In this document: positions 1-19,310 of the stretch, in pieces
How positions within the stretch are numbered: the first letter of the stretch is position 1
How the letters are laid out: each line of letters opens with the position of its first letter
DNA from: the human T2T-CHM13v2.0 reference genome, Homo sapiens
Strand: one strand, 5' to 3'
Assembly: GCF_009914755.1 (NCBI RefSeq)
Contig: NC_060930.1
DNA: 64,000 nt
Program-made: the position numbers and the translations under genes
The notes under the pieces: model-generated
What the model saw: the letters and a program-made list of their open reading frames with translations, nothing else
Told to the model about the DNA's origin: nothing
The model's database searches: none

Positions 1-10
1 ACTCAGTATC

Positions 11-3532
<3,522 letters not shown>

Positions 3533-3902
3533 GAGGCTGGGCAGGACTCTTCTTTAAGCAGAGAGCATGATTTGGAACCTGGACTTTGTTACAGGTTCTT
3601 GTTGTTACTGCATTTCCTGCTTCTTGGCTGGGTTCCTCATTAACTGATGAGGTTGCCCAACAGAAGGGCTCTAGATAGGTGATGTATTAGTAACACAGTT
3701 AATTATATGCTAAGAGAAGGTGACTATCTTTGGCTTTATTACAAAATTGCCCTCTACATCAATTTTGCTCTTATTTTCAAGTTTCCTTTATTTTTAAGAG
3801 AAATGTTCAACCAAATTACAGAACCATAGCCTTTCAGAGAAAGGAAGTGACAGCAAACTTACCTGTTTAAAAAAAAAAGGAAAATCATGACAAGGCAGGT
3901 CA

Positions 3903-4370
<468 letters not shown>

Positions 4371-6310
4371 CTAAGCTGTGATTTCTATTTTACTTTTGAG
4401 AGAAAAAGAAAATTTCTCCCACACTTTAAAAAACAACTGTATTTGCTTAGGATAATTTTTTGGACTCGGGGTAAAATGCTACTTTACTTTTCACTTTGCC
4501 TGAACAAGTATCTGCAAGCTTTTCTGCATCTGTAACTAAATGGCACTTCCACATACAATCTATGTATTGTTATAGAGAGGCTGAAATGCCAAATAAAAAT
4601 GTAAACACTCGGGCAGGCTGAAAACAAGCTTTCCAACTTCTATTCACAGAACACAAACAAATAAAAAGGAAGGACTTGGGTAGCAAAGCATTAGTCAACA
4701 AAAGCTAAAAATGAACTGAAAATGCTATACACTAGAATGTGCAATAACTGCCTCCTGGAAGAGTACAATGAACACCTCTCAAGGTCAGTGCTTTTTTTTC
4801 TCTAGTGCGTTATTATAGGTATTTAAATGGACACTAGTACCCTTTATGTAACTTTTAAAACACAGTATCAGTATTCTAGCAGTTAAAAGGTAACCTCGTT
4901 AGTTTTCTGCAAAGTCAAAATTTCATCATTTCTAATACCAGCAACATAAAATGGCAGAAAAAGATTCAGGTCCTAACTCAACAGTGAGAAATGCAAAGAA
5001 AATATGTATAAGGAGTTTAAAACTAAGAGAAACAGTAAAGATTCAGTTTAGACCTCACATAAAGTCACTTATGTTAGAAAACAAGGAAAAGAGAAAGAAA
5101 CCTCTGATTTTAACAGAGCATCATGCTGCTTTTTCAGTTTCATTTCATTTAGAACATTATGTTTTGTATTATTGGAGAAAAGTAGCTATTTTTCCCTCAG
5201 GCAAAAATTAAACCATTTATTAAAGTGCTCTTTTTCAGTCCAATACTTAAAAAATATGATTTCCTAATCACTCCTGGCAGCCCTTCAATCTGGAGACCCA
5301 CCAGACACATGGAGACAGTGCACTTGGGCTGCTACCCCAGTAAGGTAGCTATACGGCCTTAGTTCTGTGGCTCAGGAGAGCAGTCAATGGGGCCTCGCCT
5401 GTGCAAGTTTGCCCAGATGATTGGAGAGCTCAGGCCAGATGCTCTATGGCTCTGCAGGCCAGCTCCACCAAGTGCAAAGGGCAGGGTCCAGGAGACATGA
5501 GAAGCTACGGAAGATGGTACAGGTTGAGGCTTGAGGACACGTTAGGAGCTGGTAACCAAGTTGGCTCTTACTCTTATTTAAGAACTAGCATCTAAATGTT
5601 AAAAAAGTTTCTCCTCATTCTACCAGACTCTTTTCTAACATTAATCAACTGTTTATTTTTTATTAAATGTGTTTCTTTATTAAAAAGTATTGATGACCCT
5701 AAATCTAAGGGTTGTCACAAAATCAAAATATTATGCCACAATTATAGGAACAAAAAAGAAAAAAGTTCTCTCTCTTTTTTTTTCCCACCAGAGTTTGCTC
5801 AGAGTTCATCTGCTCACTGACAAACAGACTGCTTTCCTCAGAACAGATGGCATGTTCTGTTCTGGGTTTACTTTGGAGCTGTCTTAGGAGATGCTCATGC
5901 TGAGTTACATAAAACTTAAAATTTCAGAAATGAGAAATTTTTTCTGGCTACTAATATGGGTAACAAAAAATTCACTCCTTATTAATATGTTATACAAAAA
6001 GAAACAAAAATTTGGAGCAAAGGATGTTATAGCTTCAATGTTGTCACTTGGGTTATTGATCATATATGATTCCCATTGACAGGAGAGCAGGCAGAGCACC
6101 CTAGTTTATTCCTATATATTTTAAAAAGAAGAAGAAAAGAAAGAAATGTCCATCTGAAATCATGTAAATGAATTAACAGGTTACTTTTATGGTACTAAGA
6201 TTGTAGAAAGGCACCCCAGCACAAGACAGGTTACTGACTTCCTTTATAGACCTAAAAAAGGATATAGAAAGCAACTTTGTGAGCACATTTAAAAGTAGAA
6301 AGGAGGGTTA

Positions 6311-6565
<255 letters not shown>

Positions 6566-9500
6566 TTAAACAATTTAAATACTGTGCTTAAATACTGTTT
6601 TGAGTATTTAATCGTGATGATATAAAAGATCCAATTTCTGCTTAGGCAAACCTACTAACTCAAAATTGACAACATTTGACTTCAAGGTATTCAGTGATGA
6701 AAACTTGAGTGATGAAAGGCTTTAAAAAATGGCAAAATGAATGGCTTTAATGCAAATAGCAACTTTAACACTGCTATAAACTGAATCTCTGATTAGTTAA
6801 AATTACTACTCTTTTGCATAGAGTTTTGTCTAATAATCTTTTATGATAAAAATAAGTCCCCAAAGTGAGACTCTCTTCCAAGTTCTTCCTCGGGTCTGCA
6901 CTAGTATCTGCAACAACAGTGAGCTCACTGACAAATTCTAGAATGCTATGATACCACAGCATTTAGTTCACTGCTATGTGCTCAATCAATCCTTACTGAA
7001 TTGAAATACAAGAACACCTATGAAAAGTTGTAGATTCAAATTAATGACATTTCCAATTTTATACTTTTACTGAAATACCTATAAAGGACCAAGTTGTAGA
7101 AAGTTTCAGAGAACCGGAATTATTTTGTTAAAGCAATGCTTTATTATCAAATTTACCTTATTTACTTTAAATGCAGAACAGTAATCAAACATCACTGCAT
7201 ATTATCAAATCCCCCCCACACACACTTTTTTTAAAACAAGATGGGGTCTCGCTCTGTCACTCCGGCTAGAGTGCAGTGGCGTGATCATAGCTCACTGAAG
7301 CCTCAAACTCCTGGTCTAAAGTGATCCTCCTGCCTCAGCCTCCTAAGTAGCTAGGATTATAGGTGTGTGCCACCATGCCTGGCCCCTCCCCTCTTTTTTA
7401 AGTGTCACAAGGTCTAAATTGGGTTGATTCAGATCTAAATTTATTAAGACTCAGTCCAATCCCTGAATAGTGGTTTTGGTCTTAACATATGCTACAGGTC
7501 TTGACTTTTTACAACATGTTCTGAAGTAAAACATGTACCAAGGTTCACAAATTGGCAAATTTAGTCCATGGCTGTTGGCAAATTTAGTCCATGGCTGTTG
7601 TTTGGTTTAATACAATGTTTGATATGATGCTTGTTTTATTGACATGTCTTTAGGGAGACAAGGCACTCTTCCATTACTCTTCCATTTCAACACCCTCTCC
7701 CCTGGTCTTATATCTAACTTGCTTCAGGCTTCTATGCTAACTCTTGGAGGCCCAGAGGCATTTGACTTTATGTATTTGAGTTTTCAGTATCTACTAAAAT
7801 CATTCTTTGGGGAATTTTTTTAAAAGCTGCAACTGTACAGAAAACCTACATCTTTACATCTGTACTTATGGTATTGGGGTGGGAAAAAATGGACAATAAG
7901 GGTGAAAAGAAACAGTGCTATGAAACACAATGAAACCAAGTAAAGCATCTGCCTTTACTTGACCTTAATACAGAAGCAAAGCTTTTGGGAAACAGTAACA
8001 TTGCTTGCTGCCCCACAGCCATGGCTAGGACCCAGTCACTACAAGACATTAATACAGTAGAAGGCAGCCTTCATCTGCCTGTCTCCCCTGGCTCCCATTA
8101 AGCTCCCTACCTACTGCAGGGAGCCAGAGAAAAGGAGAGGCACTACAATTACCACTTGTCACTCACCCTGGAGGACACAATGGTGCCCATAACATTTCCT
8201 GTTTGTCAAGGGGAAAGCTACCATGAGCACACCTTGCCTTTCTCTTGAGGCTGAAACAGTAGCAAGAAACCTCATGGTTTGAAAGTGGAGTTGGCTGAAT
8301 ATAGATTAAGGGAGGGAAGAGTCTGAGGTGCAATTTATACAAAAAGGTTCTCTTTCCCCTATTCCATAAATATTTAATAAGGTGGGGGGTGCTAGTTGCT
8401 ATCCTGTGCCCTAAGAAAGCAGAAATAAAAGCCAGTTTTTTGTCCCATCAATAACTGTATACTGGCATCACAACTGAAGGTTTTCCTTTTGCACTGGAAG
8501 AGAAACATCAGAAGCTAGTTAGATGTCATGTCTTACCCTTTAAATTTTTCCAGGTAGCAAAAATTTCCACCACGTGGAGCAGAAAAATAACCTGAACTCT
8601 CAGTGGGTAGCTTTAATTCCTACCCAGTTTATTTAGTAAAAGCAAACAAAAAAACAATTTTGCCTCTGTACCTCTACTTTGTCAGCCCTACCCCAAAATG
8701 GTGATGAATTTGCACTGGTCTACTTCCATCTTTTATCTAGCACAAAACCAATGCATGCTTCTTCAAGATGGCTAAGCCAGGTAGAGTCTGTGGCCAGAGA
8801 CTTTAACTGGCTCATAATGAGATCTGTTAAGTTGAGGAGTTGAGTTCTCAGCTAAGGTGAGCTAAACAATTTAAGTTAATGTACCATTTAATCCATAAGT
8901 TAATGCATCATTTAAAATGTTAATTCTAATAGTTTCTTTACTTTCATTTAGGAAAGTTTTAGAAAGTGATTTTGAAGGCACAATATTTGCGAAAAGGCTT
9001 TTTACACATTATGTCTGGATCATCCTCTGTTAGAAACCATGCGGGGCACCTGGTATACATAAAATTACTAACTGAAAATCATATGTACTTTGTTTTGCAG
9101 TATTACTCTGACAGTTAATATTTAATAAAAAGAGGTCTTAAGCCTTGGTTAAAACTGTAGGAAACATACCTTGCAAAAACAAAACTTACTCATGAGATGC
9201 AAACATACTAATTAATGCAGAAGCTTTATATTTTCCTTCTCAAGATTAACTGAAACTTTTTCAGTGCCTACACACCCATACCACACACTAATTTGTAGAT
9301 AGTATGTAAGTAGGCCGGCCTACTATGAATTTTGAAAAAGGTTGGCGTTAGCATAAACTATAGTGTCTCAAGACTTACCGCCCAGGTATTTGATACTCCC
9401 AACTGAAATTCCTGGGAGTCTAAAGCTTCTCGGTAACACATGAAAATTTGAGAGAAAATAAAAATTCCAAATTTTGGGGTGGCATTTAAATGAAGACAGG

Positions 9501-10347
9501 GAAGACCAGTGATTATATCTCCTCTCAAGAGGTAGAAAGGATTGGATGTGGGGCCAATCTCCATCCCCCCTCTTTGGCCCTAAATTAGGAGTTCTCCTTG
9601 TCACAGGGTCTCCATGTTCCTATAACATCAAATCTTTTACAGGACATTTGCGGTCATCACCCACTGCAATCTTTTCTTAAGCAACCAGCTACATTAAACT
9701 AGATTTATAGAAAGTCTATTCTTGCTTTTTAAAATATACTTTCCAATATTTAAAACCTTATTTATTTTGCATAAGGCACTTTATAAATTGATTTGCAAAC
9801 CAGGTTTTGGTTTTAGAAAGTATCCTTTATCATTAAAGGAGAATTTGCATTGTTCTGTCATTTGCATTGTATTTTTCAAATTCATTCAGAAATTAGAAGG
9901 CTGGTCTTTTTCAGGTACCGATGAGCTACCTAGAAGACTCAACTTTGGTTTAGGTAAACAGAATGAAGCATATAAAGACACATTTTAGATTATAAATTCC
10001 AAATTCTAATTCCTAGTCCTTAGTTATGAGATATATATACAATTTCTATTTCTCAGCATTTGGTAAGAAACACACTACCACACCACGTACGACCTCAAAA
10101 AAAAAAGGCTCTCACAATAAGGACATCTTGTGATCAATTGGAAGACACAAGTAAGAGCTGCTTTTGGAACAGATTTTCAATTTTTAAAAGATTGCATATA
10201 ACCTACAGGCATTATTTGTGATTTTAAATATGAACTGCTTCTTTGTAGGGGGAAAAAGGTAGTATTATATATATAGTCATACATGACAGAGCTAAAGAAA
10301 ACTGTAATAAAAATATATATTTCAATTAAACAAAAAGAAAAGTTTTA

Positions 10348-10479
<132 letters not shown>

Positions 10480-10852
10480 CTAAAAAGTTATAAAAGAAAT
10501 GCCAAGTCAAAAACTCGTACTACCAACCTAATGCTTTCATGTGTTATAGGATGCAATAATTAACTGAAAAAGTATTACAATTTTAACATGAGCAACTAGT
10601 AATAACAAAGCAGAAGAAAATGCTTTTCAGTGTTCCAAAATGAATACATTACACACAGTAAAGTCGATGCTGGAAACATCCTCAAATACCTCTACATCTG
10701 AACAGCTTTGGTTCCTTAGTTGAACAAGCCAATCTAATTTAAAACCTTCAATTTCAAATTTAAGGACTCGTTACACCTCTGACACATGTCATCCAGTCAG
10801 CTCAGAAAATCTAAGTAAATGATTACAATGATGTTTAATTAAAACAAAAGTA

Positions 10853-11163
10853 GCTGTGCATGGTGGTGTATACCTGTAGTCCCAGCTATTTGGGAGGTTG
10901 AGGTAGGAGGATCGCTTGAGCTCAGGAGTTATGAGCTATGGTGCATTATGCTGATCAGGTGTCTGAACTAAGTTCAGCATAATATGGTGACCTCCCAGGA
11001 GCAGGGTGGCAGAGGGGGGGCCCACCAGGTTGCCTAAGGAAGGGCAAACAGGCCCAGTTCAGAAATGGAGCAGGTCAAAACTCCCATGCCAATCAGTAGT
11101 GAGATCGTGCCTGTAAACAGCCACTGCACTCCAGCCTGGGCAACACAGTGAAACCTTGTCACT
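10853..11163 (+). pseudogene. Full-length 7SL (SRP RNA) retropseudogene, RN7SL-P type, antisense in STK38 intron 4
   Basis: Retains the S-domain that Alu lacks (CTAAGTTC-GCAT-AATATGGTGACCTCCC...CACCAGGTTGCCTAAGGA...GAGCAGGTCAAAACTCCC). A-rich tail and degenerate TSD ACAAAAGTA/ACAAAGTA. Confidence 0.92.
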
Positions 11164-11261
11164 TAATCATAATAATAATAACAAAGTAAAACTTCATGCT
11201 TAGGAAAAACGTCTGGAAAGAAAAACAAAAAATTCAGGCCAGGCGCGGTAGCTCACACCTA

Positions 11262-11558
<297 letters not shown>

Positions 11559-11858
11559 TCAAAATGTGTAATTAGGGAAATTGTGTTTTATGTAGTTTTC
11601 CTTCTCTTTTATGTTTTCCAATGTTCTTAAAGAAAACAGATAATTTTATGAAGAAAATTTACAACCAAAAGAAAAATTTCACTGCAAGTTCCTGCATGTC
11701 CTCCCCTCTTCTCCCAAAATAAGTAGGTTTTCTTCTCCCTGAACCTTTCTTCATGTTTTTCCTAATTGAGTACCACAACCCTTCCTTGCCAAACAGAAAG
11801 CTCTTTCAGAGGTGGTACTATACTTTTCCCTCTTTCAAGAAGCCAATAGGAATTCTGA

Positions 11859-12279
<421 letters not shown>

Positions 12280-12939
12280 TCAGTAGGTCATCCAGTTTGG
12301 GCATTTTTCATTAACAGGAATGACCTTGCATGGGCTCTTTCAAGCTCTCCCCAACAGATTGCTCTTGTGCCCAAGCAGGATCATTTCCAAGAATTGCGGG
12401 GACAAAGTCGCAAATGCTTTCAACTCTCCACCACTACCTATATAACTCCTTTCTGTAAATCCTCCCTCCTAGGGTCATCTTTTTAGAGCTGTATCAATCT
12501 GGTGGGGAGAAATAAAGGGTGGAGATACACTATTAGTTTCCTTCTCGAGAGGCAGTGCAGTACTGGGAAAAGCAAGCTCTTTGAGTTCAGGAAGTAGAGC
12601 CCAACTTTTGGTCCCAGTACTCAATGGCTGTGTGATAACAAGAGACATTATATATACCTTTAGAGTCTTAATTTCACCATCTATAAAATGGGTTACTGTC
12701 CTGATTATGGGAAAAAAGCAGCCTGTAAATAATAAATGTTGATTTCCTTCTACCTTTCAACTCTCCCCCTAAGTCAATATTTAAACACCAACACCATCTC
12801 TGGCAAAACAGAGAACAGAGATCTGGGACTGCGGAGAGAAGAAAAAGAGAAAGCAGACAGACAAAGCAATTAGGATGTGGGGCTGGCATGCCTGACTCAT
12901 TTAATTCCATATATTTGTTATATCAACAATCATGACTTA

Positions 12940-13128
<189 letters not shown>

Positions 13129-13712
13129 CTAATATTTAAATAAAAAAGGGAGGAGACGGGAAGGAACTGAAATTCTGAAACTCTGTAACAAGTCATGTTT
13201 GTGACTTACCCAGCTAGAAAACAGGTCCAAGTGGACTAAGGATAATCTTTTCACATATGAAATCACCCCAGAAGGATCCTTAAGAGGTCACTTCTCCCTT
13301 TCCTGGCATTTAGACACAACATCCAAGCCACACTGAACAGATGGGTGCCTCCTCTGGGAACTCTGACTAACCTACTTCAGCAATCCACTATCCTAACATT
13401 TTTGGTGAAGGGAGGGATAAATAATCAACAATATTTTCCTTTATCCTGTTTAATATAAATTAAAAATGTGTTCTTATCTTTCCCTCTGGCTTAAACACTG
13501 TATACTCTAACTTTCTGTTATTTCTACAAGTATTGGGTATTTTTCACCACCGTCCTGGGTTCTGCAAGCCAGTCCTATTTTTGAAGGCATTTCCACTACC
13601 ATTTCAGTTCCTTGCACAGTCCCTTGTTAACTATATTTTCTCCTACTGTATCTGTGGGCACTGGGTGGAAGGGCTGATTTGAGATGGATATTTTGCCTTA
13701 ATAAAGATTTCA

Positions 13713-13907
13713 GGAACATGACACACCGGGGCCTGTCGGGGCATGGGGGGAAAGGGAGGGAGAGCATTAGGACAAATACCTCATGCATGCGGAGCTTAAA
13801 ACCTAGATGACAGGTTGATAGGTGCAGCAAACCACTATGGCACATATATACCTATGTAATAAACCTGCATGTTCAGCACACGTATGTATCCCAGAAAAAG
13901 TAAAATA
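13713..13907 (+). mobile_element. 5'-truncated L1PA (approx. L1PA7/8-like) 3' UTR
   Basis: GGGCCTGTCGGGG...GAGAGCATTAGGACAAATACCT...GGTGCAGCAAACCAC is the L1PA 3' end. TSD AATAAAGATTTCA (13700-13712) / AATAAATATTTCA (13908-13920). Confidence 0.88.
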
Positions 13908-14255
13908 AATAAATATTTCAAAAATTTGCCCTACTCCTACGGAGACTTTTCAGTGAATTCTATAAAAATGCTACAACTTGCTCTTTTAAAATTTAATTTG
14001 ATTTCATCCCTGCTTTCTCTTGGAATTCTAAATCTAGTTTACTATAACTGCATCTAGAGAAGCCTTCCTCTCCTAGGTACTTAATAATTAATCTGTCCCT
14101 CTGAATTAACACCCAAATCCGGAAGCACACTACCCCTCAAGTTCCTCTGTTATTGAGCCAAAACCCTTCTCATGTGTACCAAGGCTAACAACTCACTGGA
14201 CAAGATACAACCTGCCACGCTGGGTTTTAAGGAAAACATTGCCAATATTAATTAC

Positions 14256-14307
14256 CTCCTCATCTTTTAGGCCTTCTTCTTCCATCACCTTTTCTAACTT
14301 CTTTTGT
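14256..14307 (-). CDS. STK38: STK38 exon 3 (QKKLEKVMEEEGLKDEE)
   Basis: TTTTAG|ACAAAAG...GAG|GTAATT; 52 nt, completing the phase-2 Arg codon from exon 2. Confidence 0.97.
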
Positions 14308-15413
14308 CTAAAACAAACAAAAACAAAAGACATGAAATCACATCTGAATGATAACTTTCTGAAAATTCTGTAACTTAATACTGTAGTAGATTTTTAAAAA
14401 TGACACAAACAGGTAAATCTCAAAATGTCTCATTAAAACAAAAAAAATTAAGTTACTAAGACAAGTAAAAAGATTTCCATCCTTTGTTAGGCCTACTTTT
14501 TTTTGGCGGGGGGAGGGGGGCAGGTTGCGAGGAGAGGAGACAGAGTTTTGTTCTGTCACCCAGGCTAGAATGCAGTGGCGCAATCTCAGCTCACTGAAAT
14601 CTCCACCTCACAGGCTCAAGCAATCCCACCTCAGCCTCCCAAGTAGCTAGGACTACAGGCGCGTGCCACCATACCTGGCTAATTTTTAAATTTTTTGTAG
14701 AAATGAGGTCTCATTATATTGCCCAGGCTGGTCTCAAACTCCAGCCTGACCTTCCAAAGTGTTGCGATTACAGGTGTGAGCCACCATGCCCCGCCCTTAG
14801 GTCTACATTTTTTAAAAGACTGTCTAAGATGTTAATGCAACAAAGACTCTTGTTTCAAAAAAATGTCCTCTCTTGGTTTTGGGTGTTTTTTTTTTTTTTT
14901 TTTTCCAGTTATTTCCTCCTTACCAAACCACAAAACAGCTGGTATTTGATAAACTCTTATATCATGCTGTTTCTTTCCCTCTCTCTGACTGAAGTCTACT
15001 TCCTTTATTTCTGCATCTTCCTCCTCTTCCCTGCCATGAGGAAAGGGTAACAAACAACAAAGTTAAAAGCAGAATTTGGAAATTTAAGGGGAAAAAGTGA
15101 TCAAAAAGGTGACTGGCACCACTATCAAAACTCCATATATCAGGCTGGGTGTGGTAGCTCACGCCTGTGATCCCAGCACTTTGGGAGGTGAGGCAGATGG
15201 GTCACTTGAGGTCAGGAGTCCAAGACCAGCCTGGCCAACATGGTGAAACCCCATCTCTACTAAAAATATAAAAATTAGGCCAGGTGCAGTGGCTCACGCC
15301 TGTAACCCCAACACTTTGGGAGGCCGAGGCGGGTGGATCACTTGATGTCAGGAGTTCGAGACCAGACTGGCCAACATGGTGAAACCTGGTCTGTACTAAA
15401 AATGCAAAAATTA

Positions 15414-15560
<147 letters not shown>

Positions 15561-15595
15561 TCAAAAAAAACAAAAAGGCCGGGCGTGGTGGCTCA

Positions 15596-16213
<618 letters not shown>

Positions 16214-16543
16214 TCAAAGAAAAAAAAAACCTTCAGACATCAAACTTTTGGAATACTGAACTTTAGAAAGTACATGCAGTAATGTTTTTGATCTATAGTC
16301 TCATAAAACTAAAAGAAGCAAGTAAAACTTCCTTACAACCAATTCCACAGAACCTTCATTTATTCAGCACAATAAATGAAAGCACATGGGCTAGAATCTC
16401 TCCTCCACCACTCATCAGCATTCCAGATAAACAGGCAATGTGTACAAACAGAGCAAAGAAGGATAAGACTACAGTATGCTGGCCAGGTGCGGTGGCTCAC
16501 GCCTGTAATCCCAGCACTTTGAGAGGCTGAGGCAGGCAGATCA

Positions 16544-16894
<351 letters not shown>

Positions 16895-17739
16895 CTAAAA
16901 GAGGCTTGTGTGCAAAGGAGTGATGTGATAAGATTTCTATTTTAGAATGGTAACCAGCAGTAATGAGGATCTGATGGACTGGCAGGGAAAGCAACTGAGA
17001 AAGAGGCTAGTTGAGAGTTATTGTAATGATTCAGATGTACAGTAAAGATCTGGAACTAGGGCAGGAAAACTAGAATGAAGTGAATAGAGCTATTGCAAAT
17101 ATGACCAACTGGCAATAGGAGTCAAGAGAAAAACCTTAGAATTTCCTGTCTAGAGGGATATGATGCCACTAATCAAGACAGGAAACAGAGAGAGGAACAC
17201 GAACAGTTCTCCCAGTTCCCAGAATATTTTGGGATACATGTGCATCTATGCGTGCACATGTATTAGAGAGAAAAGGCTGTACTCTTAGTAGTTTCGGGAG
17301 TGTAAATTAATTCCATTGCAAGTGGTTAGGTAGTTGAAGCAGAGAAGAACAAGAAAAGTCAAAGCATAACATGCTAGGCAAAAGCTCTAAGAACACAGCT
17401 GTGGTCAGCTCTTTTTGTGCCTTGAGTACTAAACACCATCATACGTCCTGACTACACGTTTTTGAATGACTACATCAGAATGGGCTACCAGTCCAATGCA
17501 CTATCCACTGTGTCACAAAAGTGGCTCCTTCTAATTATATTTTAAACCTAAATACAAACTAAGAGGTTTTCCACAGGTTTACTGAAGTGTAATTAAATTG
17601 GTTGCAGAATACCTGCCTGAGAGTGAAGTTAACTCCTTGAACACAATCAGATTATTTCATTAGAGAAAGTATCCAGAAAAAAAAAGCCTATCCATGATAA
17701 CAATTAGGACCAGGTCCACAAAGACCTTGAGGACACCAA

Positions 17740-18072
17740 AAACAGCAAGGACAGCCTGAAATGAGACTTAAAAATGACATCCTCTGTGAGATGACATCAA
17801 AGGAATTACTGTTAACTTGGTTAGATTCATGGTGGCATTTGCATTATGCAAGAAAATGGCCATATTTTTGGAAATGCATACTTGACAGTATGTAGGATTA
17901 AAATGACAGATGTTTGGAATTTACCTTAAAACACAATAGCAAGAAAAAACAAAATGGGATAGATGAAGAAAATGTACCAAAGCCCTAAAATTATTAAATC
18001 TGAGGGATGAATATATTGAAACGGGGTCACTATATTATTCCACCTATGTTTAAAATTGTTCATAATGAAAAA
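17740..18072 (+). mobile_element. Ancient L1M (L1MC/ME-like) 3' end fragment
   Basis: Resembles degenerate L1M 3' UTR; subfamily not resolvable by eye. Confidence 0.55.
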
Positions 18073-18543
18073 GAATAGCAGGACTCTCCACACAGGCATG
18101 TTCTCTGGTAGCAGTGCCAGGTTAACTAACACTCCAGCCCTTGGTGGAGCCACTCTTCCCTTCAATTCCAATGTTCAAAACCAGAACCCTAGGAGAGAGA
18201 CGAAGCCACTTTCACACTTAGAGGCCATATCCAGCCTCACCCCAGTGATGCCTTCCATGTGTTCCATTTAGTTGCGTGTGTGTTCATTTCTTATATGAGA
18301 GAGTGGTAAGTCCTTCTGAAGGCAGGGACTATATCTGAATTCCCTATGTCCACTAAGAATAGTGCTTTGTACACAGCTACTTTCTAAATGTATGCTGCTA
18401 AATTTTAAAAAGTCAGAATGTATAGCAATGTGCAGACACATTCATGACTACTACTTACAATTAGCCCCCTTTTCTAATCTAATTTAGGGTCCCCTCTTGG
18501 CATAGCCTGATTTGGAGGTAGCAGGGATGAGAGAATAGGGCTA

Positions 18544-18991
<448 letters not shown>

Positions 18992-19046
18992 TTACATCTC
19001 CATGATTAAAATTCAGAAAATGTCTAATAAATACTTTTTTTTTTGA

Positions 19047-19310
<264 letters not shown>

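Noticed and set aside
6600-6720. Repeated RTGATGA (C-box-like) motifs suggesting a C/D snoRNA
   Set aside because: They lie on the strand antisense to the host gene, and I saw no convincing terminal stem or D-box arrangement.
8167-8250. Mutually exclusive paralogue of 84-nt exon 5
   Set aside because: No sequence similarity and an in-frame stop; kept only as a poison-exon candidate.
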